The translations under genes were made by a program, and so were the position numbers. A stretch of DNA of 64,000 nucleotides from an uncultured Gemmatimonadales bacterium. GTDB taxonomy: Bacteria > Gemmatimonadota > Gemmatimonadetes > Longimicrobiales > Longimicrobiaceae. Positions 28,762 through 37,643 of the stretch are shown here, one piece after another (within the stretch, counting starts at the first letter, position 1; each line of letters begins with the position of its first letter). The stretch spans positions 1,792,001-1,856,000 of the forward strand of contig OY970303.1 of the NCBI GenBank assembly GCA_963716255.1. Direction: 5' to 3'. The notes below the pieces were generated by a model. The model did no database searches and had not been told where the DNA came from. It worked only from the letters and a program-made list of their open reading frames with translations.

Positions 28762-29196
28762 CTACAGCCGCTCTTCGCGGAGGAGCTCCCCGGAGGGGGA
28801 GTAGACGCGGAGCACGTTGGCGGCGCCGTCGTAGTCCGCGTCGATGAGCTGGTAGACGCGGTCGCCGCCGCGGAACACCTCCACCATGTCGCACCTGCCG
28901 TCGCCGTTGCGGTCGGTCCAGGTGGCGACCGGGAAGACGCCGGAGGTGAAGCGCACGAACTTGGCGTGCGGTCCGCCGCCCTCGCCGGCGGCGCGCACGT
29001 CGCCGGAGCCGACGCCGGAGGCGCCCGCCATGGACCCGAGCCAGGCGCCCGCCGCGCCCGCGCCGCCCTGGAGGGCGGCGCTCGCGGGCATCTCGGGCAT
29101 CTGCCGCGAGGGCGGACGCCAGTCCTGCGCGCGCGCCGCGGCCGGTGCGGCGAGAACGCACGCGCCCAGCAGGACGGGAACGAGACGACGTGTCAT
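28762..29196 (-). CDS. Secreted hypothetical protein with DxDxDG-type loops
   Basis: Signal peptide ending ARA-Q; WTDRNGDGRCD and IDADYDG. Confidence 0.75.
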   Translation of the reverse strand: MTRRLVPVLLGACVLAAPAAARAQDWRPPSRQMPEMPASAALQGGAGAAGAWLGSMAGASGVGSGDVRAAGEGGGPHAKFVRFTSGVFPVATWTDRNGDGRCDMVEVFRGGDRVYQLIDADYDGAANVLRVYSPSGELLREERL

Positions 29197-29271
29197 GGGA
29201 ACCTTCCTATGGTGGGGTGTGCTGCAATCTAAGGGTACACGGCGCGGAGCGCCACGTTCCTGGGCGGCTCC

Positions 29272-29287
29272 GGGTACGCGGGTTGCA
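29272..29287 (+). promoter_or_regulatory. Putative sigma54 promoter of the kinase gene
   Basis: GGGTACGCGGGTTGCA (GG-N10-GC), about 55 bp upstream of ATG 29343. Confidence 0.55.
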
Positions 29288-29342
29288 CAGGCAAAGCGGC
29301 GTTCTCCGCCGCGACGCGCAGGAACCCGCTCACACCCGGAAG

Positions 29343-30410
29343 ATGCCCGATTCCGCGATCTCCCGTCCACGCTACCAGGGACTGTCGGCCGCGCGCCGCT
29401 GGGAGCACGACCCCGCGCCGCCGCGCGCGGAGTTCTCCCTGGCCGCGGGAGACCGCATCGGGGAGCTCACCATCATCGGGCACCTGGCCTGCGGGCGCGC
29501 CACGGAGCTGTACCAGGTGTGGAGCGACCGGCACTGGACCGCGCTCACCGGCAAGATCACCTCGCCCGCCCACCTGGGGAACGGCACCCCGGCCGCGTTC
29601 CAGATGGAGGCGCGGGTCCTCGCCAAGCTCCAGCACCCCAACATCGTCCGCTTCTTCGGTACCGGGGTGGCGGAGGGGCGCCCGTACCTGCTGCTGGAGT
29701 ACTTCGCCGGCCCCTCGCTCTTCGACGTACTGGAGGGTCTCCCCAAGCGGCGCCTGCACGTGCCCGACGCGATCCGCGCCACAATGCACGTGGGGGCGGC
29801 GGTCCACTACCTGCACCGCTGCGGCTACCTGTACCGCGACCTCAAGCCGGCCAACATCCTGCTGCGCGAGGGGATCCCGGTGCTGGTGGACTTCGACGTG
29901 GTGCGCAGGATCAACCTGCGCGGCCGCCCCAGCGACCGCCTGGGGACCGCGCCGTACATGGCCCCGGAGCAGATCCGCAAGCAGGCGCTCTCCGCCGCGA
30001 CGGACGTGTACGGGCTGGGGGCGCTGCTGTACGAGCTGCTCACCGGCCACTGGCCCACCGAGGAGCCGCGCGACGAGGACGACGACGACTGGGACGACGA
30101 GGACTGGGACGACGAGCCCCCGGCGCGCCCCGTTTCCAGCGACCGCGCGGAAAGGACGATGCGGACGGGGGAGCTGGTCACAAGGTACCCGCAGCTCACC
30201 CGCTCGCCGGTGCCGCCGCGCCAGCACAACCCGCAGGTGACCACGGAGTTGGAGAAGGTGATGCTGCGCTGCCTGGACCGCGACCCGGCGCAGCGGTTCC
30301 AGACCGTGTCCGGCCTGCTCGCCGCGCTGGCGCCGCTGCTCAAGGGCCGCTACAAGCTGTGGCCGGACGGTGCGCCCATCGAGCGGCGAGCGGATACCGA
30401 GTCGCGCTGA
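29343..30410 (+). CDS. Hanks-type Ser/Thr protein kinase (cytoplasmic)
   Basis: HPNIV, YRDLKPANILL, DFD in place of DFG, GTAPYMAPE, DVYGLG, C-terminal R in PAQRF. Confidence 0.9.
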   Translation: MPDSAISRPRYQGLSAARRWEHDPAPPRAEFSLAAGDRIGELTIIGHLACGRATELYQVWSDRHWTALTGKITSPAHLGNGTPAAFQMEARVLAKLQHPNIVRFFGTGVAEGRPYLLLEYFAGPSLFDVLEGLPKRRLHVPDAIRATMHVGAAVHYLHRCGYLYRDLKPANILLREGIPVLVDFDVVRRINLRGRPSDRLGTAPYMAPEQIRKQALSAATDVYGLGALLYELLTGHWPTEEPRDEDDDDWDDEDWDDEPPARPVSSDRAERTMRTGELVTRYPQLTRSPVPPRQHNPQVTTELEKVMLRCLDRDPAQRFQTVSGLLAALAPLLKGRYKLWPDGAPIERRADTESR

Positions 30411-30431
30411 CTTCTACGGCAACGGATTACG

Positions 30432-30573
30432 GCGGGTTCGGGCGTGCCCCCGGCTGCGCCGGGGTCGGGCTGCGCGCTGCGTAGGACACGAAACTACCGT
30501 GTCCAACGCAGCCGAGCCCCCGCGGAAACAACCCCGCGGGGTCTCGGCCCTGCCGGGCGCGCATCCCTCACGC
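30432..30573 (-). repeat. Structured repeat family A, copy 8 (divergent variant A3)
   Basis: Ends conserved; stems altered with compensation (CTGCGT/ACGCAG, GGACACG-GTAGTTT-CGTGTCC, GGGATGCGC/GCGCAGCCC). Confidence 0.85.
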
Positions 30574-30597
30574 GGGGTTCGTGCTGGCGTCCGCGGG

Positions 30598-30646
30598 GGC
30601 CCCCACCCGGCGCTGCGCGCCACCCTCCCCCAATTCTGGGGGAGGG
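30598..30646 (+). repeat. REP-like palindrome, family D2
   Basis: CCCCACCCGG...CGCCACCCTCCCCCAATTCTGGGGGAGGG, nearly identical to 47987-48040. Confidence 0.7.
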
Positions 30647-30700
30647 TGCCGGGGGGAGGGGGTCGCCGTTGCAGTTCCGCAGTACCCCCCAGAATCTGTT

Positions 30701-30843
30701 CGGAGGGAGACCCGCCGGCAGTTTGGCGGGGCTCACTCCGGCGGAGGGAGACAGCGGGGCAGTTTCCGCTGGCTCCCGGAGCCCGCGCAGGAAACAGGCC
30801 GGCAGTTTGGCCTGGTTCCGGAGCGGCCCGCCCCCGCGGCACC
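30701..30843 (+). repeat. Structured repeat family B, copy 2
   Basis: Three modules: GAGAC-CCGCC-G-GCAGTTT-GGCGG-GGCTC, GAGAC-AGCGG-G-GCAGTTT-CCGCT-GGCTC, GAAAC-AGGCC-G-GCAGTTT-GGCCT-GGTTC. Confidence 0.85.
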
Positions 30844-30851
30844 CGGCCAGC

Positions 30852-31769
30852 CTACACCCTGCGCTCCTCGGGAATCAGCGACTTGTGGATGCCGATGGCG
30901 GCGCGCACCCCCTCGGAGGCGGCGCGGATGGCGAGGCGCGAGCCGGGCGTGATGTCGCCGGCGGCGTAGACCCCGGGGACGGTGGTGAGGTGGTCCCGGT
31001 CGACCTCCAGGATGCCGTCCTCGTCGGCCTCGCACCCCAGGTCGGCGGCGAGGGTGGAGCCGGGCCCGCTGGCGATGTGCACGAACATGGCGTCGAACTC
31101 GGCGGCCTCGCCGTCGTGGAAGACCACGCGCTCGACGCACCCGTCCTTCCCCTCCAGCCGGTCGATCACCCCGGTGCGGACGGGGATGCCGAAGCGCTCG
31201 AGCGCGGCCCGCGACTTTTCCGGCAGCTCGGGCGAGTGTCCGTGGGTGAGGATGGTGAGCTGGTCGGTCCAGGTGAGCATGTAGGTGCAGAACGCCGCGA
31301 TCTGCCGCCCCCAGCCGATGACGCCCACGCGCATCCCGGCCACGCCGGGGCCGTCGCAGTCGGGGCAGTGCCAGATGCTCTTGCCGTACAGCTCGTCGAA
31401 GCCGGGGATCTCGGGGAGGATGTCCTTGAGCCCGGTGCAGAGCAGGACGCGGCGGGCGCGCAGCTCGTGCCCGTCGGAAAGGCCCACGCGGAAGTCGTCC
31501 TCGGCGCCCTCCACGGTCTGGGCCATCGCGGCGCGGAACTCGGCGCCCACGGCGAGGGCCTGCTCCTTCATGCTGCGCCGCAGCTCGTACGGCGGGACCT
31601 CGTCCACGCCGGGGTAGCCGTGCACGGCCCAGGTCTCGGCGTTGCGGGGGTCGCCGGCGTCCACCACCAGCACGCTGCGCCGGTAGCGGCCCAGCCACAG
31701 GCCGGCGGCGAGCCCGGCGGGCCCGCCGCCGATGACGACGACGTCGTACGCTTGCTGCTGCGGCTCCAT
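30852..31769 (-). CDS. NAD(P)/FAD-dependent oxidoreductase (thioredoxin-reductase-like)
   Basis: VIGGGPAG, HCPDCDG CxxC, TTVPGVYAAGD. Confidence 0.9.
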   Translation of the reverse strand: MEPQQQAYDVVVIGGGPAGLAAGLWLGRYRRSVLVVDAGDPRNAETWAVHGYPGVDEVPPYELRRSMKEQALAVGAEFRAAMAQTVEGAEDDFRVGLSDGHELRARRVLLCTGLKDILPEIPGFDELYGKSIWHCPDCDGPGVAGMRVGVIGWGRQIAAFCTYMLTWTDQLTILTHGHSPELPEKSRAALERFGIPVRTGVIDRLEGKDGCVERVVFHDGEAAEFDAMFVHIASGPGSTLAADLGCEADEDGILEVDRDHLTTVPGVYAAGDITPGSRLAIRAASEGVRAAIGIHKSLIPEERRV

Positions 31770-31818
31770 CCGGGCTCCGGGCGCTTGCGGTGAACGGGTG
31801 CGGGAGGCGGGAGGGAGG

Positions 31819-31834
31819 TGCAAGCGGCGCGCCG
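31819..31834 (-). promoter_or_regulatory. Putative sigma54 promoter
   Basis: Minus strand CGGCGCGCCGCTTGCA, 50 bp upstream of ATG 31769. Confidence 0.5.
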
Positions 31835-31864
31835 CCCCCGGCCAGGACCCTCACCGCGCGCCCG

Positions 31865-33109
31865 CTACCGCCCGGCGCCGGGTCGTGCGAACAAGGGGCT
31901 CCAGATCTGCTCGGAAGGCGCCCGGCCGGTGGATCGCGTCAGGGCCGACAGCAGGAGGTCGTCCTCCGCGACGCCGGCGCGCTTCGCGAGCAGCTCCAAC
32001 CCCCACCCCAGAAAGAGAATCTGGGGGAGCAGATCCAGCCGCCACCCGTCTTCCTGGCGCAGGAACGACCTTTCCGAGTGTCTTGTCGTCCCGGACACCG
32101 TCACTTTCATCGTCGCCACGGTGCTGTCCACCCGGACGTCTCCGGATTTCTCGGCGGCGGGCGATTCCGTCCCTGCCCACCCCTCGCTCACGGCGACCTC
32201 GAGCAGCTGGCGCGCCGTCATCCCCCGGAGCCGCTCCGGCTTGACGCGGTGCCGCATCGTGAGGACCGTGAGGCGGTCGATCGGCGGCTGCGCCCGCACC
32301 GCCCCGGCACTCCCGTACAGGGCGAGCCACTGCATGTCGGCATAGTACTCCAGGGTCGGCGCGGCGACGAGGCGGGCTCCGGCGGCACCGTCCCTGGCGC
32401 GCAGCGCGGCGCGGTACGCGTCGAACACCGCCTGGACCGCGGGTGCTTCCGGATCCGTTCTCGCGGGCGCTTTCGGAACCGTTCTCGCGGCCGCTTGCGG
32501 ATCCGCGGGCGCTCCCGCTCCGCCGAACCCGACGCCGTGAAACACCAGCGGCACCTTGGCCGCGGCAGGGATCTCCCCCAAGAGGGACCCGATCAGCCGG
32601 GCCGATCCTTCGTAAGCCGGCACGCTGATGATCGGCAGGGGCGCCTGGAGCGCCATCGCCGCCTCGTCCCCGTCCAGGGGGAAGGCGGCGCCGGTGAGGA
32701 TGTCGCGTCCCGCGTGCCGGAAGTGCCGGAACTGCACCACCATCCCGGTACTGCCGTCGGAGCCCTGGCGCTGCTGGTGGTACACCTCGCTCGGCGAGAT
32801 CGGCGCGCTCCGCGCGGCCCGCCACCGGAAGGCCTGTGTGGCGCCGGCGGCGCTGCCCAGCCGGCCCAGGATCCGGTCGACCACCTCGACGCGGTGCCTG
32901 TCAGGGGCCAGCGTGGCGACGAAGAGGTAGGTGTTGTTCCGCGGGTCGCGCAGGACGACCAGGGTGGAATCGCTCCGGGAGGGATCCGGAGTGTACCCCG
33001 GGGGAGGAGCGTAGCGCACGCCGTCCAGCACGGCGCTCTGCGCGGAGAGCACCGCGGGCGGGACGAGCAGGGCCATCGCCACAAGGGTGGACAGAAGGGC
33101 TCTTTTCAT
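31865..33109 (-). CDS. Secreted hypothetical two-domain protein
   Basis: Signal peptide MKRALLSTLVAMALLVPPAVLSA-Q; Pro/Ala linker; C-terminal region ending QEDGWRLD (NTF2-like, tentative). Confidence 0.7.
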   Translation of the reverse strand: MKRALLSTLVAMALLVPPAVLSAQSAVLDGVRYAPPPGYTPDPSRSDSTLVVLRDPRNNTYLFVATLAPDRHRVEVVDRILGRLGSAAGATQAFRWRAARSAPISPSEVYHQQRQGSDGSTGMVVQFRHFRHAGRDILTGAAFPLDGDEAAMALQAPLPIISVPAYEGSARLIGSLLGEIPAAAKVPLVFHGVGFGGAGAPADPQAAARTVPKAPARTDPEAPAVQAVFDAYRAALRARDGAAGARLVAAPTLEYYADMQWLALYGSAGAVRAQPPIDRLTVLTMRHRVKPERLRGMTARQLLEVAVSEGWAGTESPAAEKSGDVRVDSTVATMKVTVSGTTRHSERSFLRQEDGWRLDLLPQILFLGWGLELLAKRAGVAEDDLLLSALTRSTGRAPSEQIWSPLFARPGAGR

Positions 33110-33573
33110 GGCTCCGGGTGTGAAGTGGGGAGTGCGCGGTAGGCGGCAGCCGTCTTCCAGGCCTGCCGCGGCGGCTCGCGCGCCGCTGGTCCTGGCGCAT
33201 GTGTCGGGCAGAGCACTCGACGGGGCCATGGCAATCGCGGTACCCGGAAGCGGGTCCACCCACCACTGGCTCGGCGGCAGGCGTTTGTACGGTTCGTGGC
33301 CGCAGCGGGCCGGGTATCCGGGCCGCTCTCTGGGACGGCGGAGTCCCTCCCCCGGGACACGGACGCCGCACCCTGCGCGCGGCCCGCCGGCACCGGCCCG
33401 TCGATGCCGCGGCCCCGGCGGAGAGGCGCCCTGCACCCGCGAGGCCGACCCCGTTCGGGCGGGGCTCTTCCGGATCGGCCCCGCGGACCCCAGGTTCATG
33501 GCGTCCACCCGCCGGCGAGCGCCGGAGCCACAGCCGCTTTGCCAGGCAGCCGGCACACCATGAGCTGGGAAAC

Positions 33574-34254
33574 GTGATCCGGGCGCTGGTATTCGACTTC
33601 GACGGGCTGGTCTTCGACAGCGAGACGCACGAGTACGCCGTGGTCCGCGACCTCTTCCGGGAGCACGGGGCGGAGCTCCCGCTGGAGGTGTGGGGGCAGT
33701 GCGTGGGCACGCACTCGGGGGCCTTCGACGCGCACGCGTACCTGGAGGCGTGCGTGGGACGCGCGCTGGACCGGGCAGAGATCGCCCGGGTGCGCCGGGA
33801 GCGCTTCGACGCCCGCATCGAGCGGGAGGAGGCGATCGCCGGAGTGGAGGGGTGCCTGGAGGCGGCCCGCGCCATGGGGCTGCGCGTGGGGCTGGCGTCC
33901 AGCTCGCGGCGGGAGTGGGTGGTGGGGCAGCTCGCCCGCCTGGGGCTCCTCCCGTTCTTCGAGGCCGTCCGCACCGCCGACGACGTGGCCCGCGTCAAGC
34001 CGGACCCGGAGCTGTACCTGGCCGTGCTGGACGCGCTGGGCGTCCCGCCCGCGGAGGCGGTTGCCTTCGAGGACTCGCCCAACGGCGCTCTCGCGGCCCG
34101 GCGCGCGGGGATGCGCGTGGTGGTGGTCCCCAACTCCGTGACCGCGGCGCTCGCCTTCGGCGAGCACGACCTGCGGCTGGAGTCGCTGGAGGTGGAGCTG
34201 GCGACGCTGCTCGCGCGCCTGGCGGAAACCGGGGACGCTTCGGCCGATCCCTGA
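33574..34254 (+). CDS. HAD-IA family hydrolase
   Basis: VFDFDGLVFDSE, LASSS, KPDPELY, FEDSPNG. Confidence 0.92.
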   Translation: MIRALVFDFDGLVFDSETHEYAVVRDLFREHGAELPLEVWGQCVGTHSGAFDAHAYLEACVGRALDRAEIARVRRERFDARIEREEAIAGVEGCLEAARAMGLRVGLASSSRREWVVGQLARLGLLPFFEAVRTADDVARVKPDPELYLAVLDALGVPPAEAVAFEDSPNGALAARRAGMRVVVVPNSVTAALAFGEHDLRLESLEVELATLLARLAETGDASADP

Positions 34255-34313
34255 CCGGCCGTCCCATCGTCCGGCTCCGACCTTATCCTTTCCGATCTCA
34301 ACCGGAGGTGTCC

Positions 34314-35750
34314 GTGAGCGCTGTGCATCGCCTGGCCGGTCTCGCCCTGCTCCCCCTCGCCGCGGCGTGCGCGGCGTCCGCCCCCGCGTCCGGCGGCGCC
34401 CCGCCGGCCGCGCCGCTCCCGGCGGCGGCGCCCGCCCCGGCGCCGCTCGCGGCCGGAGTGTCGCCCCGCGACGAAGACGCGCGCATCCGCGAGATCGTGG
34501 CGGCGTCCTCGGCCGCGCGGGTGGAGCGCGACATCCGCACGCTGGTGGGCTTCGGGACGCGGCACACGCTCTCGGACACGACCTCGCGCACGCGGGGGAT
34601 CGGCGCGGCGCGGCGCTGGATCTACGACGAGTTCCAGCGCATCTCGCAGTCGTGCGGGGGGTGCCTGGAGGTGTCGTACCAGTCGGACGTGGTGAAGGCG
34701 GGCACGCACCCGCGCATCCCCGGCGACGTCAAGGTGGTGAACGTGGTGGCGGTCCTGCGCGGGCAGCGGGAGCCCAACCGCTACGTGGTGATGAGCGGCG
34801 ACATCGACTCGCGGGTCACGGACGTGCTCAACGCGGTCGCGGAGTCGCCGGGCGCCAACGACAACGCCTCGGGGATCGCGGGGACGCTGGAGGCGGCGCG
34901 CCTGCTCTCGCGCTACCGGTTCGACGGTTCCATCGTCTTCGCGGCGCTCTCGGGCGAGGAGCAGGGGCTCTTCGGCGGGGCGGGGCTGGCGGCGTACGCG
35001 AAGCAGCAGGGATGGCGGATCACGGGCGTGATCAACAACGACATGATCGGCAACACACAGGGGATCACCGGGGTGACGGACAACACCACGGCACGCGTGT
35101 TCGCCCCGGGGATCCCGCCCACCGCGACGCGCGCGGAGCTGCAGCGCATCCTCACCACCGGCGGGGAGCTGGACACGCCGTCGCGGCAGCTGGCGCGCTA
35201 CATCGACCGGGTGGCGGACACCTACTTCCCCAGCCTGGACGTGTTGATGATCTACCGCCTGGACCGTTTCGGGCGGGGCGGGCACCACACGCCGTTCTTC
35301 AACGAGGGGTTCCCGGCGGTGCGGCTGATGGAGACGAACGAGAACTACGACCGCCAGCACCAGGACCTGCGGGTGGAGAACGGGGTCCGCTACGGCGACG
35401 TGATCGAGGGGGTGGACTTTCCCTACGCGGCCAAGATGACGGCGCTCAACGCGGCGGTGCTGGCGTCGCTCGCCTGGGCACCCTCCGCGCCGGACAGCGT
35501 CACCATCGCGGGCGCCGTGCAGCCCTCCACGCGGCTCCGCTGGCAGCCCGTGGCCGCGCCGGACCTGGCGGGCTACCGCGTGTACTGGCGCGAGCCCACG
35601 GAGGCGCAGTGGACGCGATCCCGCTGGGTGGGGAACGTCACGGAGGTCACGCTGGAGAACGTGATCATCGACAACTACTTCTTCGGCGTGGCGGCGGTGG
35701 ACCGCGAGGGGCACGAGAGCCTGGTGGTGTTCCCGATGCCGGGGAGGTAG
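34314..35750 (+). CDS. M28 family metallopeptidase lipoprotein with C-terminal FN3-like domain
   Basis: Lipobox LAAAC; GDIDS, GANDNASG, GEEQGL, NNDMIG; C-terminal LRW...AGYRVYWR. Confidence 0.9.
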   Translation: MSAVHRLAGLALLPLAAACAASAPASGGAPPAAPLPAAAPAPAPLAAGVSPRDEDARIREIVAASSAARVERDIRTLVGFGTRHTLSDTTSRTRGIGAARRWIYDEFQRISQSCGGCLEVSYQSDVVKAGTHPRIPGDVKVVNVVAVLRGQREPNRYVVMSGDIDSRVTDVLNAVAESPGANDNASGIAGTLEAARLLSRYRFDGSIVFAALSGEEQGLFGGAGLAAYAKQQGWRITGVINNDMIGNTQGITGVTDNTTARVFAPGIPPTATRAELQRILTTGGELDTPSRQLARYIDRVADTYFPSLDVLMIYRLDRFGRGGHHTPFFNEGFPAVRLMETNENYDRQHQDLRVENGVRYGDVIEGVDFPYAAKMTALNAAVLASLAWAPSAPDSVTIAGAVQPSTRLRWQPVAAPDLAGYRVYWREPTEAQWTRSRWVGNVTEVTLENVIIDNYFFGVAAVDREGHESLVVFPMPGR

Positions 35751-36010
35751 CGCGGAAGTACGGAAGTGCGTGAGTGCGGAAGTTGAACGGCGGTGCGGAG
35801 TACGAAACAGCGGGCGGCGGAATGCGGGGCGAAGGGGGAGCGGCTAACTCATTCGGGTGCATCGGGCTGAACGACACGCTGGGAACAGGCTGCGGCCTTG
35901 CCTTCTGTTTGGCAAGCCGTAGCGGGCGCCGGGTGGGCGAAACGATCGAGGGGGCGCGGATTCGGTCCGCGCCCCCTCGCGTCTCGTGCCCGCCGGCAGG
36001 GCCGGCGCCC

Positions 36011-36781
36011 CTACGGCAGCCCCCAGGCCAGCCGCCTGGCCGCGTACTCGGCGCGGGGGAGCTGCACCAGCACCGGAGCCGCGTCCGGATCCAGCCAGCG
36101 GAGCAATTCGGTGATGGCGGCCTCCGTCATGGCCGTGCAGCCGGCGGTCCCCTGCCCCGGGCCCTTCCAGACGTGCAGGAAGATGCAGGAGCCGTCGCCC
36201 GGGCGGGTCTGGCCGCCCCAGTTGTGTTCCACGATGGCTCCCAGCCGGTACTGGCCGTCCGAAAGGAGCATCCGCTCCACGATGCCGCTCCAGTCCTTCC
36301 GCACCCCGGCGCTGTCCACCACCTGGTTGTAGTACGCGGACTTCACGTCGTCCACGCAGCGGAAACTGCCGGTGGAGTGGATGTACGGCATGCGGATCCA
36401 GCGCACGCTGCTCGCCGTCGCATATCCAAACGTTGAGCCGATCCGGAACACCCCCGCGGGCGCGCGCCCGTCCCCCTCGCGCTTGACGGGATCGCCAGCG
36501 GCCGGGGTGGCCGCGTGCAGCCCCCGCCCCCACCCCAGGCCGCTGCGCCCCACCACCACCGCGACCGGCCCGCCCACCTGGCGCCAGGCGCCGCCGGGCG
36601 CGGCGCGCTCGAAGCGCAGGAGCGTCCCCGGAACGGTGTCCCACCCCTCGGTGGTCACCACCAGGAGCTGCCGCGCCCCGTTCACGGGAGGCGCCTGCGC
36701 CGCGGCCTGCGCGCGCGCGGCGGACGGGGCGCCCGGCAGCGAGGCGAGCGCGAGCAGGGCCAGCAGGACAAGGGTTCGCAT
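36011..36781 (-). CDS. L,D-transpeptidase family protein
   Basis: Signal peptide; KREGDGRAPAG, GSCIFLHVW...TAGCTAM (His...Cys catalytic pair). Confidence 0.88.
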   Translation of the reverse strand: MRTLVLLALLALASLPGAPSAARAQAAAQAPPVNGARQLLVVTTEGWDTVPGTLLRFERAAPGGAWRQVGGPVAVVVGRSGLGWGRGLHAATPAAGDPVKREGDGRAPAGVFRIGSTFGYATASSVRWIRMPYIHSTGSFRCVDDVKSAYYNQVVDSAGVRKDWSGIVERMLLSDGQYRLGAIVEHNWGGQTRPGDGSCIFLHVWKGPGQGTAGCTAMTEAAITELLRWLDPDAAPVLVQLPRAEYAARRLAWGLP

Positions 36782-36841
36782 GGGTCCGGGTGGAGCGTCG
36801 AGGAAGCGTCAGGGGCGTGCGGCGGGGGCGGCGCGGCGCCC

Positions 36842-37441
36842 CTACTTCTCGCGCTTCATCTCGCGGGCGGCGCGGCGCAGCGCCAGCAGGACGTCGTCGC
36901 CGTAGGCGATGGCCTTGCCGATGCGGATCTCCGCCGCGCTGGGGATGGCGTCCTCCAGCTGCTCCAGCGCGCGCCAGATCATCCCGGCCCGCCCCTCGCC
37001 CCGCGTGCGGGGGTTCGCGGCGGCCCTGCGGCGCGCGACGCGCGTCTCCGCCAGCCACTCCTGCCCGGCGGTGGTGACGTAAACCCACCCGTCGCGCTGC
37101 GAGAGCAATCCGCGCTCCAGGAGCGGGCGCGTCACGCGGCCGTCCAGGTGGTCGGCGAGCGCCGGGGAGCCGCGGCGCGCCAGCGACCAGATCAGGTCCT
37201 GCTGCGCGTCGCTGAGCGCGGAGGACTCCTCCTCCAGCACGGCCTCCCCCGGCGACACCCTGAGCATCACCCGCGCGGCGGCGGTGGGGATCACGTGCCC
37301 GCCCCGCACCACGACCAGCTTGAGCGCGCGCAGGGGGCGGAGGACGCGGCCGTCCACTTCGTCCGCGGCGACGGGCTTGCCGGCGGCGAGCAGCTCGCGG
37401 AGAAGCTGCTCCTGGTGGGGCTTGAGCGTGGGATTCGGCAT
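36842..37441 (-). CDS. Hypothetical protein with two tandem winged-helix-like repeats
   Basis: Internal duplication around D-x-x-DGRV-x-RPL; 199 aa. Confidence 0.7.
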   Translation of the reverse strand: MPNPTLKPHQEQLLRELLAAGKPVAADEVDGRVLRPLRALKLVVVRGGHVIPTAAARVMLRVSPGEAVLEEESSALSDAQQDLIWSLARRGSPALADHLDGRVTRPLLERGLLSQRDGWVYVTTAGQEWLAETRVARRRAAANPRTRGEGRAGMIWRALEQLEDAIPSAAEIRIGKAIAYGDDVLLALRRAAREMKREK

Positions 37442-37643
37442 GGATGCGGAAACAGGGAAATCGCGGCGACGCGCAAAGTTGGCGATTGCTACCCCAGGCG
37501 CGCAAGACGGTTCGTCCTCCGATCCGGGAGAATCCTTCCCGGCCGGGCGTGCCGCGCATGCTCGCACATGCCGCCGCGCGTCATGGACGCTTCCCACATG
37601 CACCCGGCGGCCGGGACTTGCCCCCGTGGGGGCAAGCTACGCG

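Noticed and set aside
32444..32492. 24-bp imperfect direct repeat inside the 31865-33109 gene
   Set aside because: Encodes a Pro/Ala linker duplication (ARTVPKAP/ARTDPEAP); ordinary linker expansion.
33110..33573. Long intergenic region as a possible RNA gene or gene remnant
   Set aside because: No recognisable RNA motif, repeat or convincing ORF found by eye.
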